A stretch of DNA of 64,000 bases from NCBI RefSeq assembly GCF_009914755.1, contig NC_060925.1. The stretch is one strand, 5' to 3'. A model generated the notes under the pieces. That model made no database searches, had not been told where the DNA came from, and saw nothing but the letters and a program-made list of their open reading frames with translations. The position numbers and the translations under genes are program-made. Source of the DNA: the human T2T-CHM13v2.0 reference genome, Homo sapiens. Shown here in pieces: positions 16,202-29,727 of the stretch. Numbering within the stretch: position 1 is the stretch's first letter; each line of letters begins with the position of its first letter.

Positions 16202-17074
16202 TCATTAAGAATTTACTACTGCGTCTTTAGATTTTATCTCAGGCAGATCAATGCTATGTATTTGTCCCCTGTACTTGATCCCTGTGCTTTCCTTCTCTCC
16301 TACTTTCCTACTCTTGTCATGAGTGCTGAGGCAGGGATGATGTTGGGGTGGAAAGCTGAAGGGCGAAGATGAATGAGCCACAGTGTCCACTTAGAATCTA
16401 CAGCCAACTCTTGGCAGCTTATCCGTGGTAATTCTTGTTTCAGCTTCTTGTTGACTTTATCACCCACTCAATGTGCTTAACTCTATGATGGATGTTATCA
16501 TCAGCTCTGTTTATTCACAATGCCAAGAACACCAGTGGAACAGGGAAATATTCAGGAAAACCCACTTTATGGTGTCAACTTGACCAGAAAACGAAACACA
16601 ACTCCATCATTGCTTTATTGAATTTGGCATCGTTCTAGAAATAAACTATCATTTATATTTTGTCAAAAAGAAGAGGAGAAGAGATTTCAAAAGCACTGCT
16701 TCTGGGGAGGGTCTGGATCAAAGGTAAATGTGTGACTTTAGGTGACAGAAAAGCATCTCCACTCAGATGCATCCAACTTTGAGGGGGCACTGACTACAGG
16801 ACAGTAGAGACAAGGGACACTCATGAACAAGCAGCTTTTCCAATTCTGGGTCCTTTTCAAACTGTAGTATCAACATATATTTTTAAGTTTCATAAATTCT
16901 TGGAACATTAAACATATCCATTCAAACAGTTCTTTCAATATGGTGGATATTTGTAGGCTGCCCTGGAAATCAGAACACCTTGAATTTAATTCCTGCTATG
17001 ACATTGGCTGACTCTGTAACTTTCACCTTTTTTAGTTCTCCAAGATGATATAAATAATGGAAAACATATAGGAC

Positions 17075-17270
17075 TCTAAAATGGTTGCAACATAGGTTCA
17101 AATCTGACCCCTACCACTTGTTAGCTTGTCAACATTGGATAAGTTATTTGACTTCTTTGAGCATCAGTATCTTTATTTGTTAAATGGAGATAAAGATATC
17201 TTTCTTGCAGGAATGTTGTATGGATCTAATGAGATCATGTATGCAAAACACCCAACACATAGTTGTCACT
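17075..17270 (+). mobile_element. MIR SINE
   Basis: GGTTCAAATCTGACCCCTACCACTTGTTAGC...GATAAGTTATTTGACTTCTTTGAGCATCAGT matches the MIR core. Confidence 0.7.
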
Positions 17271-18240
17271 TTATAAATGGCTGTTCTAGTAGCCATTTGC
17301 ACAGAGATGGGGAAAGGCTAGGTGACAAAAGGCATGGGCATTCTGAGCTCATCAGTTGATAGGGCTTCCTTAACATCATAGCTTTATTAGAGAAGGAGGA
17401 GGATACAGCCCAGCCACATAGGAACTCAGGCCTGTTTTATTTCCGCAGGATCTGGTCACCACAACAATCAGAATGTGCAGGGGTAAGACTAAGGAAGAGA
17501 GAGAGAGGAAGAATGGATGGTGGGGGGGGGGGCGGCTCTCTTCTTCCTGGCAGCAGAGAATCCCCCAGTATTCCTTCAGTTGCAGAAACTAAAGGGAAGG
17601 CAAATGGCTGTCTGCTTGTGGTGCATGCACCAAGACAAACTACTAAAGTGTTTCCTGCCCAGTCCCCACAGGTGTTGCTTCTCAGCTTTGGATAAGTCCT
17701 CCAGCAAGTACTTTGTTGAAAGCGAGAAAGGCAGCTGCATAACTCTCCAGTCCACAGAGCTGACAAATCACTGTGTCATCAAAGAAGAGGGAATCATGGG
17801 AAATAGCCTGTGGTTCACCCTCTAAGGCAGGGAGTCAGGAGGCTGTGAGGTGGCACATTTGATTCTTGCTCATTAACATAGTTTCTCTTTGTGTCCTCCT
17901 CCTCCTCTTTGCCTGCTTGCCTGTTCCACTGGGTAAGCAGCAAGTGCCTACTCAAATCATTATTTATCAAATGTGTACTATGTTCCCAACATTCATTCAA
18001 TACACCTATATTGAAAGCCTTTTATGAGAATAACAAAAATAACAAGATAGATTCAGAGTAAGATTCAGAGACTGAAGCAAGTCCGCATATAGTAATCACA
18101 TGATCAACTAGTTGTTAAGTGGTATATATAATACATAGAAACCAACCGTGGAGGACCTCAGGGAAAGGAGCCAGGAAGCTGAGGAAGGCTTTGGAGAGAA
18201 GATGACATTGGAGCTAGGCCTTCACCCAAAATTCCATAGG

Positions 18241-18974
<734 letters not shown>

Positions 18975-19521
18975 CTATGGGTCAACTGTATCACTATGGA
19001 TCCAGGGGAGGATGGGATAGGGGAGGGGAGGCAGCAAGGGCATTATAGGCAAAGGGAAGTGCACATATGAAGGTGAAGAGGACATGAGCCCACAGCATGT
19101 CTGGGGACTGGCTGGTAGCTTGATGTGCCTGGAACAAAGGCTATGCAATCCTGGGCAGCAGCAGGGGGAGAGGTAAATGTGGTCGGAATGCCAACGATTT
19201 TCCATGCCAGTCTGTCCAGTTTGGGCTTTAACTGTAGAGAATGGGGAGCCATTGGTGAGTTTTAAGTATGAAGTGATGGGTTTATACTTGTATTTTGGAC
19301 AATCCTGTGGGCTTCAGAGTACTGAATGGACTAAAAGAGAGGCTAAAAGCTGGGAGACAGTTAAGAGCTCACTGAAATTGCCAATGATGTCAAATGCTGC
19401 AAACTCATCAAGGAAAATGAAGACTGAGAATGAGTTCATTGCATTTGACAGTTGGAGATCTTTGGTGACATCTAAAAGTAATTTCACTATAACGACTGAA
19501 GCAGAAGCTGGATTACTAAGC

Positions 19522-19703
19522 CAGTAGTTCTCAAAGTGTGGTCCCTAGATCAGCAGCACTGGCATCACTTGAGAATGTTATAAATGTAAATTATCTGGCT
19601 CAACCCACACCCCTTTCAAAACTTTGGGAATGAAGCCTAGCAATTGGCATTTTTACAAGTCTTCTGGATGATTCTGATAAATGCTAAAGTTTGAGAACAA
19701 CTA
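19522..19703. mobile_element. MER5A hAT-Charlie MITE
   Basis: CAGTAGTTCTCAAAGTGTGGTCCC...CTAAAGTTTGAGAACAACT terminal inverted repeats, about 180 bp. Confidence 0.8.
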
Positions 19704-20213
19704 GCCTAAATGACTCTTCATCTCTTCCCCAGACGTTCCTTACTCTGATGACACCTCAATTATTTGATATTTCCTAAGTAATCATTAATATGGTTTCTCA
19801 GTTATCTGCATAAATTGTTCCTGTCAGTCATGTGCAATATATGTACAGTCTCTGCCTGGTAATATTGAACTCATTGTTCTAGGCCTAACTCAAATGTCAC
19901 CTCCCTAGGAAGTCTCTCCAATTTCCTCCAGGCAGCCCCCCATGGATACTTGTGCACATATTTATGTCATAAAATGTATTTTATTTGTTGTGTTGATTTG
20001 GTTTACTATCTTCCCTACTAACTAGAAGCTCTTCGGGAGTAGGGACTGCTTTATCGATCTCTATTTCCATATTGTTTTTACATCTTAAGTGCTCAATAAA
20101 TGTAAGAAGAGGAAGCTGTAATAAATTGCAGAAATAAAAACAGAAAGGGACAAACCACTGTTTTAAGAGGTTTGGAAGTGAAAGATGAATTTGAAATAGA
20201 AATACAATAGAAA

Positions 20214-20214
<1 letters not shown>

Positions 20215-20260
<46 letters not shown>
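20215..20260. repeat. (TG)23 microsatellite
   Basis: Perfect dinucleotide run read directly. Confidence 0.98.
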
Positions 20261-20262
<2 letters not shown>

Positions 20263-21024
20263 TGGAAGAAAACTGTTGGCTGAGGGATTAAGCCAGTAGA
20301 GAGGGAAAGATGAATGATGAGACAGTGGGAATCAGTGGGTATTGAATGCAAAATGGTCCTGGAGAAGGCAGAAGGGAATTAAATCAATGGCCAATGCTGA
20401 AGAATTAGCATTGAAAGAAGGAAAGACTCTTTTTTTTCTGAGATACAACCCAAGGAAGTAAAGGTGGATACATAAGTGATGAGTTGTGAGGTTGAGATGG
20501 GAGATGGTAGGGAGTCCTTAGATGGCCTGTCAGTGTAGAAATGGTGAGGGCTAGGGAAGGTTTTGCAGGGGAGGTGATATTTGAACTAGGAGATGTCTTT
20601 AGTGAAGTAGGAAGTGAAGCCTTTTGCTGGGAAGAAAATGGGGAACAGAAAGAAGGAAAGAGGCTACAGCAGAGAGGTGAAGACTTGTAAATGCTAGGGA
20701 GGGGATTGGAGAACAACAGCAGGGGATTCTTTTGGGCTGATCCATCTCCCTGATTCAAGACAAAGAAAGAGTCCACTTATTCATCCAATTGTGATTGGCA
20801 ATAAAAGAAGTATGGAGGGATTGTCCCCAAAGGCTGTCTTTGAAATAAGATGGGCAACTTCTGGATACAGATCCCAATACTAATATAGAAAGTATTCTAG
20901 CTCTATATATTAATTAAGGCTGGAATATTTTGCAGACAATAACAATGCTATGTATGGCAACTATGTACAACAAAGGAAAATATTTATGGTATATGAATTG
21001 CCTAAGAAATCTGGATAAAAACTA

Positions 21025-21354
<330 letters not shown>

Positions 21355-21874
21355 TTACAACTCTGTAAGAACATACATATGAAGAACAAATGAATAAAAC
21401 ACATGAAAATGCTATTAGTGGTGGTATTATAGGTCATTTTTCCTTTACATTTTAAATTGATGTTTTAATGTTTATAATTAGTTGGCAATAAATAGAATTT
21501 TTTTTCCTTGCTGGCTTTAAAAAATTTACTAGGAACACTTAGAAGAGAGTATTTCAAAATAAAAAGTTGTAAGGTGAAAACAATCAGTAGAATTGTAAGA
21601 ACACCTCCCATATAAGGGGCAGATGCCAGGAAAAGAAGTCCTTAAGTTGATCCAGAGTTGGAAGCTGACAAGCAAGAGGTTGGATGCCACGATATAGAAG
21701 AGCACAAAAGAGGTATATGACCTAGCCCTTGACTCACAGTAAACTTGAGAGACTAGGCTTACAATAAATGATTCGAGGATAACTTATTCAGTTATCTAAA
21801 CAACGGATGGGACTGGATCACTGAGGCAGTGACCTGTGGGCAGGCGGGACAATGCAGAGGTCAATTATGTGCCA

Positions 21875-22060
21875 TCGGAGTTGATCAGATGGACCTGGGC
21901 TTAAATCCCTGTGCCACTGCTTAGCAGCTGTGTGATCTAAGACAACTTACTCAGGTTTCATTTTCTGCACTGTGAAGTAGAAATAATAATACCTTCTCAT
22001 AAGCTGTTGAAGCATTACAAACAATAAAGCAGGTAAAGTGCTTAATACAATGTTTGACAC
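21875..22060 (+). mobile_element. MIR SINE
   Basis: GACCTGGGCTTAAATCCCTGTGCCACTGCTTAGCAGCTGTGTGATCT...AATAATACCTTCTCATAAG. Confidence 0.7.
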
Positions 22061-23406
22061 ACAAAATTGCCATTATCGTTATTAACGCTTTATTGTTGCG
22101 TCATCTATGAGTATTTATGATGGAGGAAAGTGATTTAGACTAGGGGCACATTGAATTCTTTGGAGGGACTTCAGGGAGGTATCTTAAGAGCCATGAGAGA
22201 GTCTCGGGGCAGTGAAGACTCCCTCACTGCTGGAACAATGCTGTGGGCTCACCATAGGCCTTCAGGAGGGGAGAGAGATGTGCAAGGAGGAACTCCATGG
22301 TGGTTCTTCTTTTGCTAGTGTTTGTGCTACTTCCCCACTTCTAAACAGGTGCATAGTACTCCAGAGCACCCTTTCATCTTCCTTTCCCACTCTTCTGTTC
22401 TGTTTTTCTTCTCTTCAACTCTTCTTACTTCCCTTTTCTCCTCAAAACCAAGTGGTGGATGGGTAAGGAACTATACTATCTTTTGTGTGTTCTAACTTTG
22501 CCGTTTTTTTTTTTTTTTTTTTTTTTTTTTAATCTTAAAGGTTGTCTTCTAACTTCAGCACTCAGAGTTTACATAAGTAAGCCTGGGTTTACCCTACCCA
22601 CTTCTTCCCTTATTTTTAAAATATCTATTTCCCCAACCATTGTCTTTAGTAAGTACTCTAAAATGACAGTCATCAGCAGAAACGCAAGGATTCCAGGCCA
22701 TAAGAGTTTGATCAAGAAAGGATTTTTTGAGGTAGCTATATCTTGCAAAAGAAACAGAGGTGTGAACTGTCTGCAGGGCTCTTCTCAGCAATGAGGTGTT
22801 CCTTCTGGATTCAGATATAGATCTTAATGGGGTAAACATTCTAGGTCTTACCACCATCTGTTCTTCTTTTTCTGCTTAGACTGTTAGTACCTGTTATAAG
22901 AGGAAAGGAGGCAAAAGTGTGAAAGAAAAATGGTTGGATCAGTGGTCTGAGAAAGAGGATAAAGTAGTCATGTGACATTATTCTTAACAGAGATTAGAAT
23001 GATTAAAAACAAAAACAAGTTGGTATCCAGGATATTCAGGTACAACCACCCCTCACCTGCTGATTCCAATTTCACATTCCATTCCACATTGATGAATAAT
23101 AATAATGATGTACTTTTAGCTTTGTCAGAAATCCTATCTGCATATTTATAAGGTCATTATGTTTAGTTGTTGCTGATACCTGGTCTGAGTCCAGCAATTA
23201 CCACCTCTGTCTCTTTGCACACACTGGTAGACATATACACCACTGATTTGTACTTTCCTATAAAATTACTCTTCCCCTTTTTAATTAGAGTGTTTTCAGA
23301 AGCAAACCCTATCATTAAGGCCATGTATGCTTCCATTATAAATACCTGTTTCCAGCCATTAATTATCTCCCAATGAATTACTTACTTAGAAGGAGATTTT
23401 TAATGC

Positions 23407-23756
<350 letters not shown>

Positions 23757-24317
23757 TGATGTCCCCTCTCTCATACTTAGTTAACCATTTTGAATTCCAC
23801 TTAGTAAGAAAAGTTTCCATTTTCTTTTTCTTTGGGGGACTTAGATATGATCTGCACCTAGATGGTAAGAAGATTTTCCATATTTTGAAGTAGAAACTTT
23901 CTGTATGCCTGAATCTTGCTGTCAAGAATGTCTTGGCTAATCATGAAGGAAGAATATAAGAATGTGAGTAAAAACAATTCAACAGTCCCTGAGAACAACG
24001 TCAATAAATATTCAAAATTGCATAACCATTTTAGTGACTAAAGCACTGAGACTCATCCAATAATACTGTGGTTTGATAATTACACAGTTGTGAATTTATG
24101 ATACTGTTAAATTGGGGAGACATCTTGGTGCATACAGGTCAACCCTTTCATACATCATTATATACAAAAAGTACACACCTACTTAGGAATTGAAGTGTAA
24201 TACCTCCTAGCATAAAATGCTTAAAAGAAGATTTTAAGGGAGTGATACAGTGAGCATTCCTATATGAATTTTCCTGCATATCTCAAGCATAGCAGAAGAT
24301 TTGAAATTTCTAGGTAA

Positions 24318-24615
24318 GTTTTTTTTTTTTTTTTTTTTTGACAGGGTCTTGCTCTGTCACCCGAGCTGAAATGCAGCAGTGGTAACATGGTTCACTGCAG
24401 CCTCAACCTCCTGGGATCAAGTGGTCCTCCCACCTCAGCCTCCCGAGTAGCTGGGACTAGAGACATGCATCACCATGCCCAGTTAGTTTTTTAATTTTTT
24501 GTAGAGACAGGGTCTCACTTTGTGGCCCAGCCTGGTCTTGAACTCCTGGGCTCAAGCCATCCTTCTGCCTTGGACTCCCAAAGTGTTGGGATTACAGGTG
24601 TGGGCCACTGTGTCC
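24318..24615 (-). mobile_element. AluJ
   Basis: CACTGCAGCCTCAACCTCCTGGG...GAACTCCTGGGCTCAAG, an AluJ pattern. Confidence 0.92.
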
Positions 24616-24682
24616 TTCCTTAACATAATAAAATTGAGATAATCACATTCATAAAAGGGCAAAACTATGTCAACAAGCCCAC

Positions 24683-25048
24683 TGTATTAGTCTGTCTTCA
24701 CAGTGCTGTAAAGAACTGCCCAAGACTGGGTAATTTATAAAGGAAACAGGTTAACTGACTCACAGTTTAGCATGGCTGGGAAGGCCTCAGGAAACTTAAC
24801 AATCATGGCAGAAGGCAAAGGGGGAAGCAAGGTACCTTCTTCATAAGGCAGCATGAAGGAAAATTAATGCAGGAGGAACTACCAAACACATAAAACCATC
24901 AGATCTCGTGAACTCGCTCATTATCAGGAGAACAGCATGGGAGAAACCGCCCCCATGATTCAATTACCTCCACCTGGTCTCTCCCTTGACACATGGGGAT
25001 TACAATTCAAAATAAGATATTGGGTGGGGACACAGGCAAACTATATCG
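24683..25048 (-). mobile_element. THE1 (C/D-like) MaLR solo LTR
   Basis: TGTATTAGTCTG...AAGACTGGGTAATTTATAAAGGAAA...GGGTGGGGACACAG...CTATATC. Near-TSD CCCAC/CCCAT. Confidence 0.9.
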
Positions 25049-25759
25049 CCCATATTACAATTACTTACATTACTGATTCCCTTAATTAGAGCAGAGGTAA
25101 TTAATTGGGTCTAGGCTCAGTGGAAGGGTCTGGCTGGTTCTTAATTCTCAGAGCTACTTTGAATCTTGAGGTTAACTTCTTGCCTTCTAGAACTTGTCCT
25201 GTGTTGGGCTGAACTCTGTGAACCTTTCAGAAAGTAGGTCTTTATTGAGCACATACTCTATGCAAGGCAAAGAACCAACTACTGTGGAGTTTACAAACAT
25301 GAATAAGGGGTAAGAAATGACTCTTGTCACATGGTTTACAGTCCCGCTGTGTGGGCCACCACAGTTCATATCTTTCAGGCTGGGGACTGGATGAGAGGAA
25401 AGTGGACTCAAAATTAATCCCAGTGCTCTCTACTTTCCCATATCCCTGTGCTTTATCTCTGTTGTAGTTATGTTATTTGTATGTTGGCCTGCCTCACTGC
25501 TCTGTGATCTCCAAAGAACAGGGACTAGGTTTTATTTATTTCTGCATTGCCGCAGAGCCTAGTATGTGCTTTGTAGAGAACAGGCTCTCAAAAAAATTTT
25601 AAATTAAAAGAATGTATTCACTTATGTTTCCTAGTTACAGTGGGTCAGCTTGTTCTGTGCTAATATGGAAGTGACAAGAAACTGGTGTCCCTCTACGCAG
25701 AGGTCCCCACACTAAATATCATCTTGGATGTGCTTCACATTGTTGCACAAAGGTACAGT

Positions 25760-25980
25760 GGAGTGAGACTGAGTAAGAGGACAGAAATAGTGGGGGGTTT
25801 GTCTCAGCTCACTAATTACTTATTTAACCTTGGGCAAGATACTTAAAGCTCTATCTCAGTTTCTTCATCTGCAAAATGGGGATAATAATGACTGGGGTGC
25901 CTATTTCCCACGATTGTTTTGAGGATCAAATGAGATAATATAATTAAAAGTGTTTTTGGAAGGTCTAAATCACTGCGCAA
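25760..25980 (+). mobile_element. MIR SINE
   Basis: ACCTTGGGCAAG...CTCAGTTTCTTCATCTGCAAAATGGGGATAATAATG...GAGGATCAAATGAGATAAT. Confidence 0.8.
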
Positions 25981-26662
25981 CTGCAAGGCATTATTAAAAG
26001 AAATCTTCCTTTTAATTCCTGCTTCCACAAACATCTCATCACATATCCTTGGGTTCCTGGGTTACATGGAGAGATTCGTGGTGTAGCTCAATCTATGTGT
26101 CATAGCTATCCCACAATCTCTTCTTCAACTTCTCCAACACATCAAGACATTCTTCCAGTCTTGCATTGCTCCCCAGTTTATATAGATATATATGTTCCTC
26201 ATTCAGCATTTATGTAAAGCATATATTATTGAGCACTTATGTGATAGAAACCGGGGCAAAACAGAAAATAAAACAGAGTTTTATTTTGAGAGTTTTTTAC
26301 AGCTTATTGGCTCTGAGAGGACAGACATGAGAACAAATAAGTGCCCAATTCTGCATTTATTTTGGAAGGCAGTTTTATGTGAGTTTAAATCAGTAAAGAC
26401 ATAGATGTATATTTTTAGTTTTGATTAAAACTAAAACAATTGGTAGCCCTTATTCATATTTTTCTATCATTAAAACTTATCTTTAAAAAATGTCTTCAGT
26501 CATATTTTTCCCTTACTTCCATTCATATTTACTCTTTACTTCTCTTGTCCTTACCAGAATGTATGCAGTAAGTTTTCATATTGTAACACATTCAACAAAA
26601 GTTATATGTGAACATAATAGCTGCTTTCTTTAAAACGGTTACTTTGAGAAACTGCATACCTA

Positions 26663-26966
26663 TTTTCTTTTTTTTTTTTTTTTGAGACGGAGTTTCACTC
26701 TTGTTGTCCAGGCTGGAGTACAGTGGCACGATCTTGGCTCACTGCAATCTCTGCCTCCTGGGTTCAAGTGATTCTACTGCCTCAGTCTCCTGAGTAGCTG
26801 GGATTACAGGTGCTCGCCACCATGCCCGGCTAATTTTTGGTATTTTTAGTAGAGACGGGTTTTCAACATGTTGGCCAGGCTGGTCTCGACCTCCTGACCT
26901 CAGGTGATCTGCCCACCTCAGCTTCCCAAAGTGCTGGGATTATGACATAAGCCGCCACGCCTGGCC
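26663..26966 (-). mobile_element. AluSq-like
   Basis: GAGACGGAGTTTCACTCTTGTTG...CTGACCTCAGGTGATCTG. Confidence 0.94.
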
Positions 26967-28419
26967 TGCACATTTATTTTAATAATGTTGTCATAGCTAC
27001 AGTCGCTTCTAGAGTTGCTCTTTGGGGATAACTATCTTATATTCTTCTGAATATATTTTAATAGTGACAAAACTTATCTTTGCAGGTGATTTTTAAAATT
27101 TGTATGCAGCCAAGTCACTATGAATTATCTTTAGTGAGTAAAGAGGAAGATCGAACTGGTAACACTGTGGGTAAACAACTGAAAAATAATGTTATCTTTC
27201 TCTGAACATACTTGCACAAGACAAATTCCAAAAATATTTTGACTACGTTATTTTTGAAAAGGGTTTCCAGTATTTCAATGTGACTACTTTCACTAATGAT
27301 ACTTGCTTACCTAAAGTGCTTGTTAACATGCAGTTTTGGAATTTCATAGGTCTATGCCCATACTGACTTGTACTTGCTTAGTGTTGTTTTACATTCTAGT
27401 TCAACATCTATTATGTGATAGACACTGGGGATTAATAGGCTGTGGTCTTTGCCCATGAGGACCTCAAAACTTAGTTGAGAACACAGAAATACAAAGAGTC
27501 CTGTGTGAAAAATAAGTATTGGTGTTAAGATAAAGAAGCGGCAGTGGAAGACAGTGGAGGGACTGTCTGTTAGAGGGAGGAATTTATTGTGGTGTCGGCA
27601 AAGCCTTCTTTGGACTGAAGGATGAATTATGATTAGAAGTTCATTAAGAGGAGGAGGGAAGGGGACTACAGGAGTCATTCCAAGCCAAAGGAACAAAAGA
27701 TACAGGGACAGAAACAGCAAGATATGTTTGGGGGAATCTCAAGTTAGCCAATACTGTTATTGTGTGAAGTTCACAACAGGGGCAGGGAGGACAGGAGATG
27801 GGGCCCAATGACGAAAAGGCCTTGTATGTACCATGTTTAGAAGTTTGAATTTTATCCTATAGGAGTCAGGGAGAGGTTCTATGGGTAGGATTTCCCATCC
27901 CAACAGGATTGTAAACTCCCACATCCAATTAGTCACACCTCCATTTTTTTTTCTGTTTCTTTAACATTGTCTCAGATTCATTCCTTCTGAAATCTACCTT
28001 ATTAGTTCAGGTCTTCTTAAATTTGTGCCTGGACTGTTCACCAACTCTTGACTGGTCCTGGGGCTCCAGTTCACCTCTTGCTCCCAACAATCAATTTTCT
28101 ACAGAACTATCAGAGCAATCTTCCTTTCCATCAATCTCAACTCTGTTCAAAAACTTTCAATAGTTTTATGTGACCTAAGAGGTAGCTGCCTCCCCACCCT
28201 TTCAGCTTGCCATTCAAGGCTGCATAATTTGGTCCCAACCCCCTTTCCGTCCTTGACTCCTCTCACTGCTAACAGAGACAGAACTCATTTACTTACTCTT
28301 TTGACTGTACCTTTGCTTTCACGAGGGCTCTTTCCTGGAATGATATGTCCATACAACTATTGTTGTTGTTCTTACTTTTAGCTCTTTTCTTAGCCCACTT
28401 GTACCCAGGTTTGATCACA

Positions 28420-28760
28420 CCCCCTACTCTCCTGCCCTGGAAGTAACTACTATTCTGGTTATAGTCTCTTAATATCTATATCTATATCTATATATATGCA
28501 TCCACAGATAATGTGTAGTATTGTCTTGAAAAAAATATACATAAATGGTATACTTTGTCTCCCTCTGCGATTAGTTTTTTCACTATCATTTAGTTTTTAA
28601 GATTTATCCCTATTGACATAAATAGCTATAGTCTTTTCAATTACTGTGTTGCATTTCATTTTATAAATATACCATACATTATTCATCCATTCCTCTAAGG
28701 GTGGGCATTTATGTTGTTTTCAAGGTTTTGCTATTACAGTGTTACAACGAATATCCTTAG
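28420..28760 (-). mobile_element. Ancient L1M 3'-end fragment
   Basis: ATAAATATACCATAC..ATTCATCCATTCCTCTAAGGGTGGGCATTTATGTTGTTTTCAAGG is typical of an antisense L1ME/MC 3' region. Confidence 0.6.
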
Positions 28761-29680
28761 CTTAGCTGGTCTCCTTGTCTTATACAAATTTTACTGACCT
28801 TTCAAGATCCTGCTTTCATCCCAGCTCCTCTGGGAAAGCCTTCCCTGAATCCCCCAGCCCACAGCGGCAAAGTCTTGGTACTCAAAGTTGCTTGTGCATC
28901 TTTGGTATCATCCCACTGCCAAGCACACAGCTACGCAAAGTAAGGCACTTAAGAAATATTCGCTACACGGATGAACAAATGAATGAATGAATGGGGCAGC
29001 ACCACTCCGTGATGGCTCTATTCCTTTTTAATGGACTTTGGCGCCTTGGCCCACTTTCCTTCTTTGACAGCACTGGTCCTACTCCAGAGCATTCCTCTAG
29101 CTAGCAAAGCAGTGTGTGGATGTGTGGGTGTAGGTGGCGATACAGACCTCACTGGATGAGGACCGCCTCTCCCTGCAAGTTCACGATCCCGGCAAACTCC
29201 AGTGCTTGAAGTTCAGAGTCCTACCCCACCCCCCTCACCTCCACGCCCCTTCTGCACTGGTCAAGCCAGCGAGCCGCTGCAGCCCTGATCGAGTTAAGGC
29301 TGCTGGAGAAGGATGCGGACGGGGCCAGTGACTCGTAGTAGATCCCTCCGCGCGGAGCTCGGGCCGGCGCTTCTTCCTGCGGGAAACCCCTGGGTGCCCA
29401 AGGCGGCGGGGCCGAGGCCGCGGCGACAGTGGGGCGGGGCTTGCGGTGGGAGGAGGCGGCTGAGGCGGAAGGACACACGAGGCTGCTTCGCTGCACACCC
29501 GAGAAAGTTTCAGCCAAACTTCGGGCGGCGGCTGAGGCGGCGGCCGAGGAGCGGCGGACTCGGGGCGCGGGGAGTCGAGGCATTTGCGCCTGTGCTTCGG
29601 ACCGTAGCGCCAGGGCCTGAGCCTTTGAAGCAGGAGGAGGGGAGGAGAGAGTGGGGCTCCTCTATCGGGACCCCCTCCCC

Positions 29681-29695
29681 ATGTGGATCTGCCCA

Positions 29696-29727
<32 letters not shown>

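Noticed and set aside
22504-22880. Poly-T run with an adjacent 87-aa minus-strand ORF as a processed pseudogene
   Set aside because: No recognisable protein, no correctly placed poly(A) signal and no TSD that I could identify.
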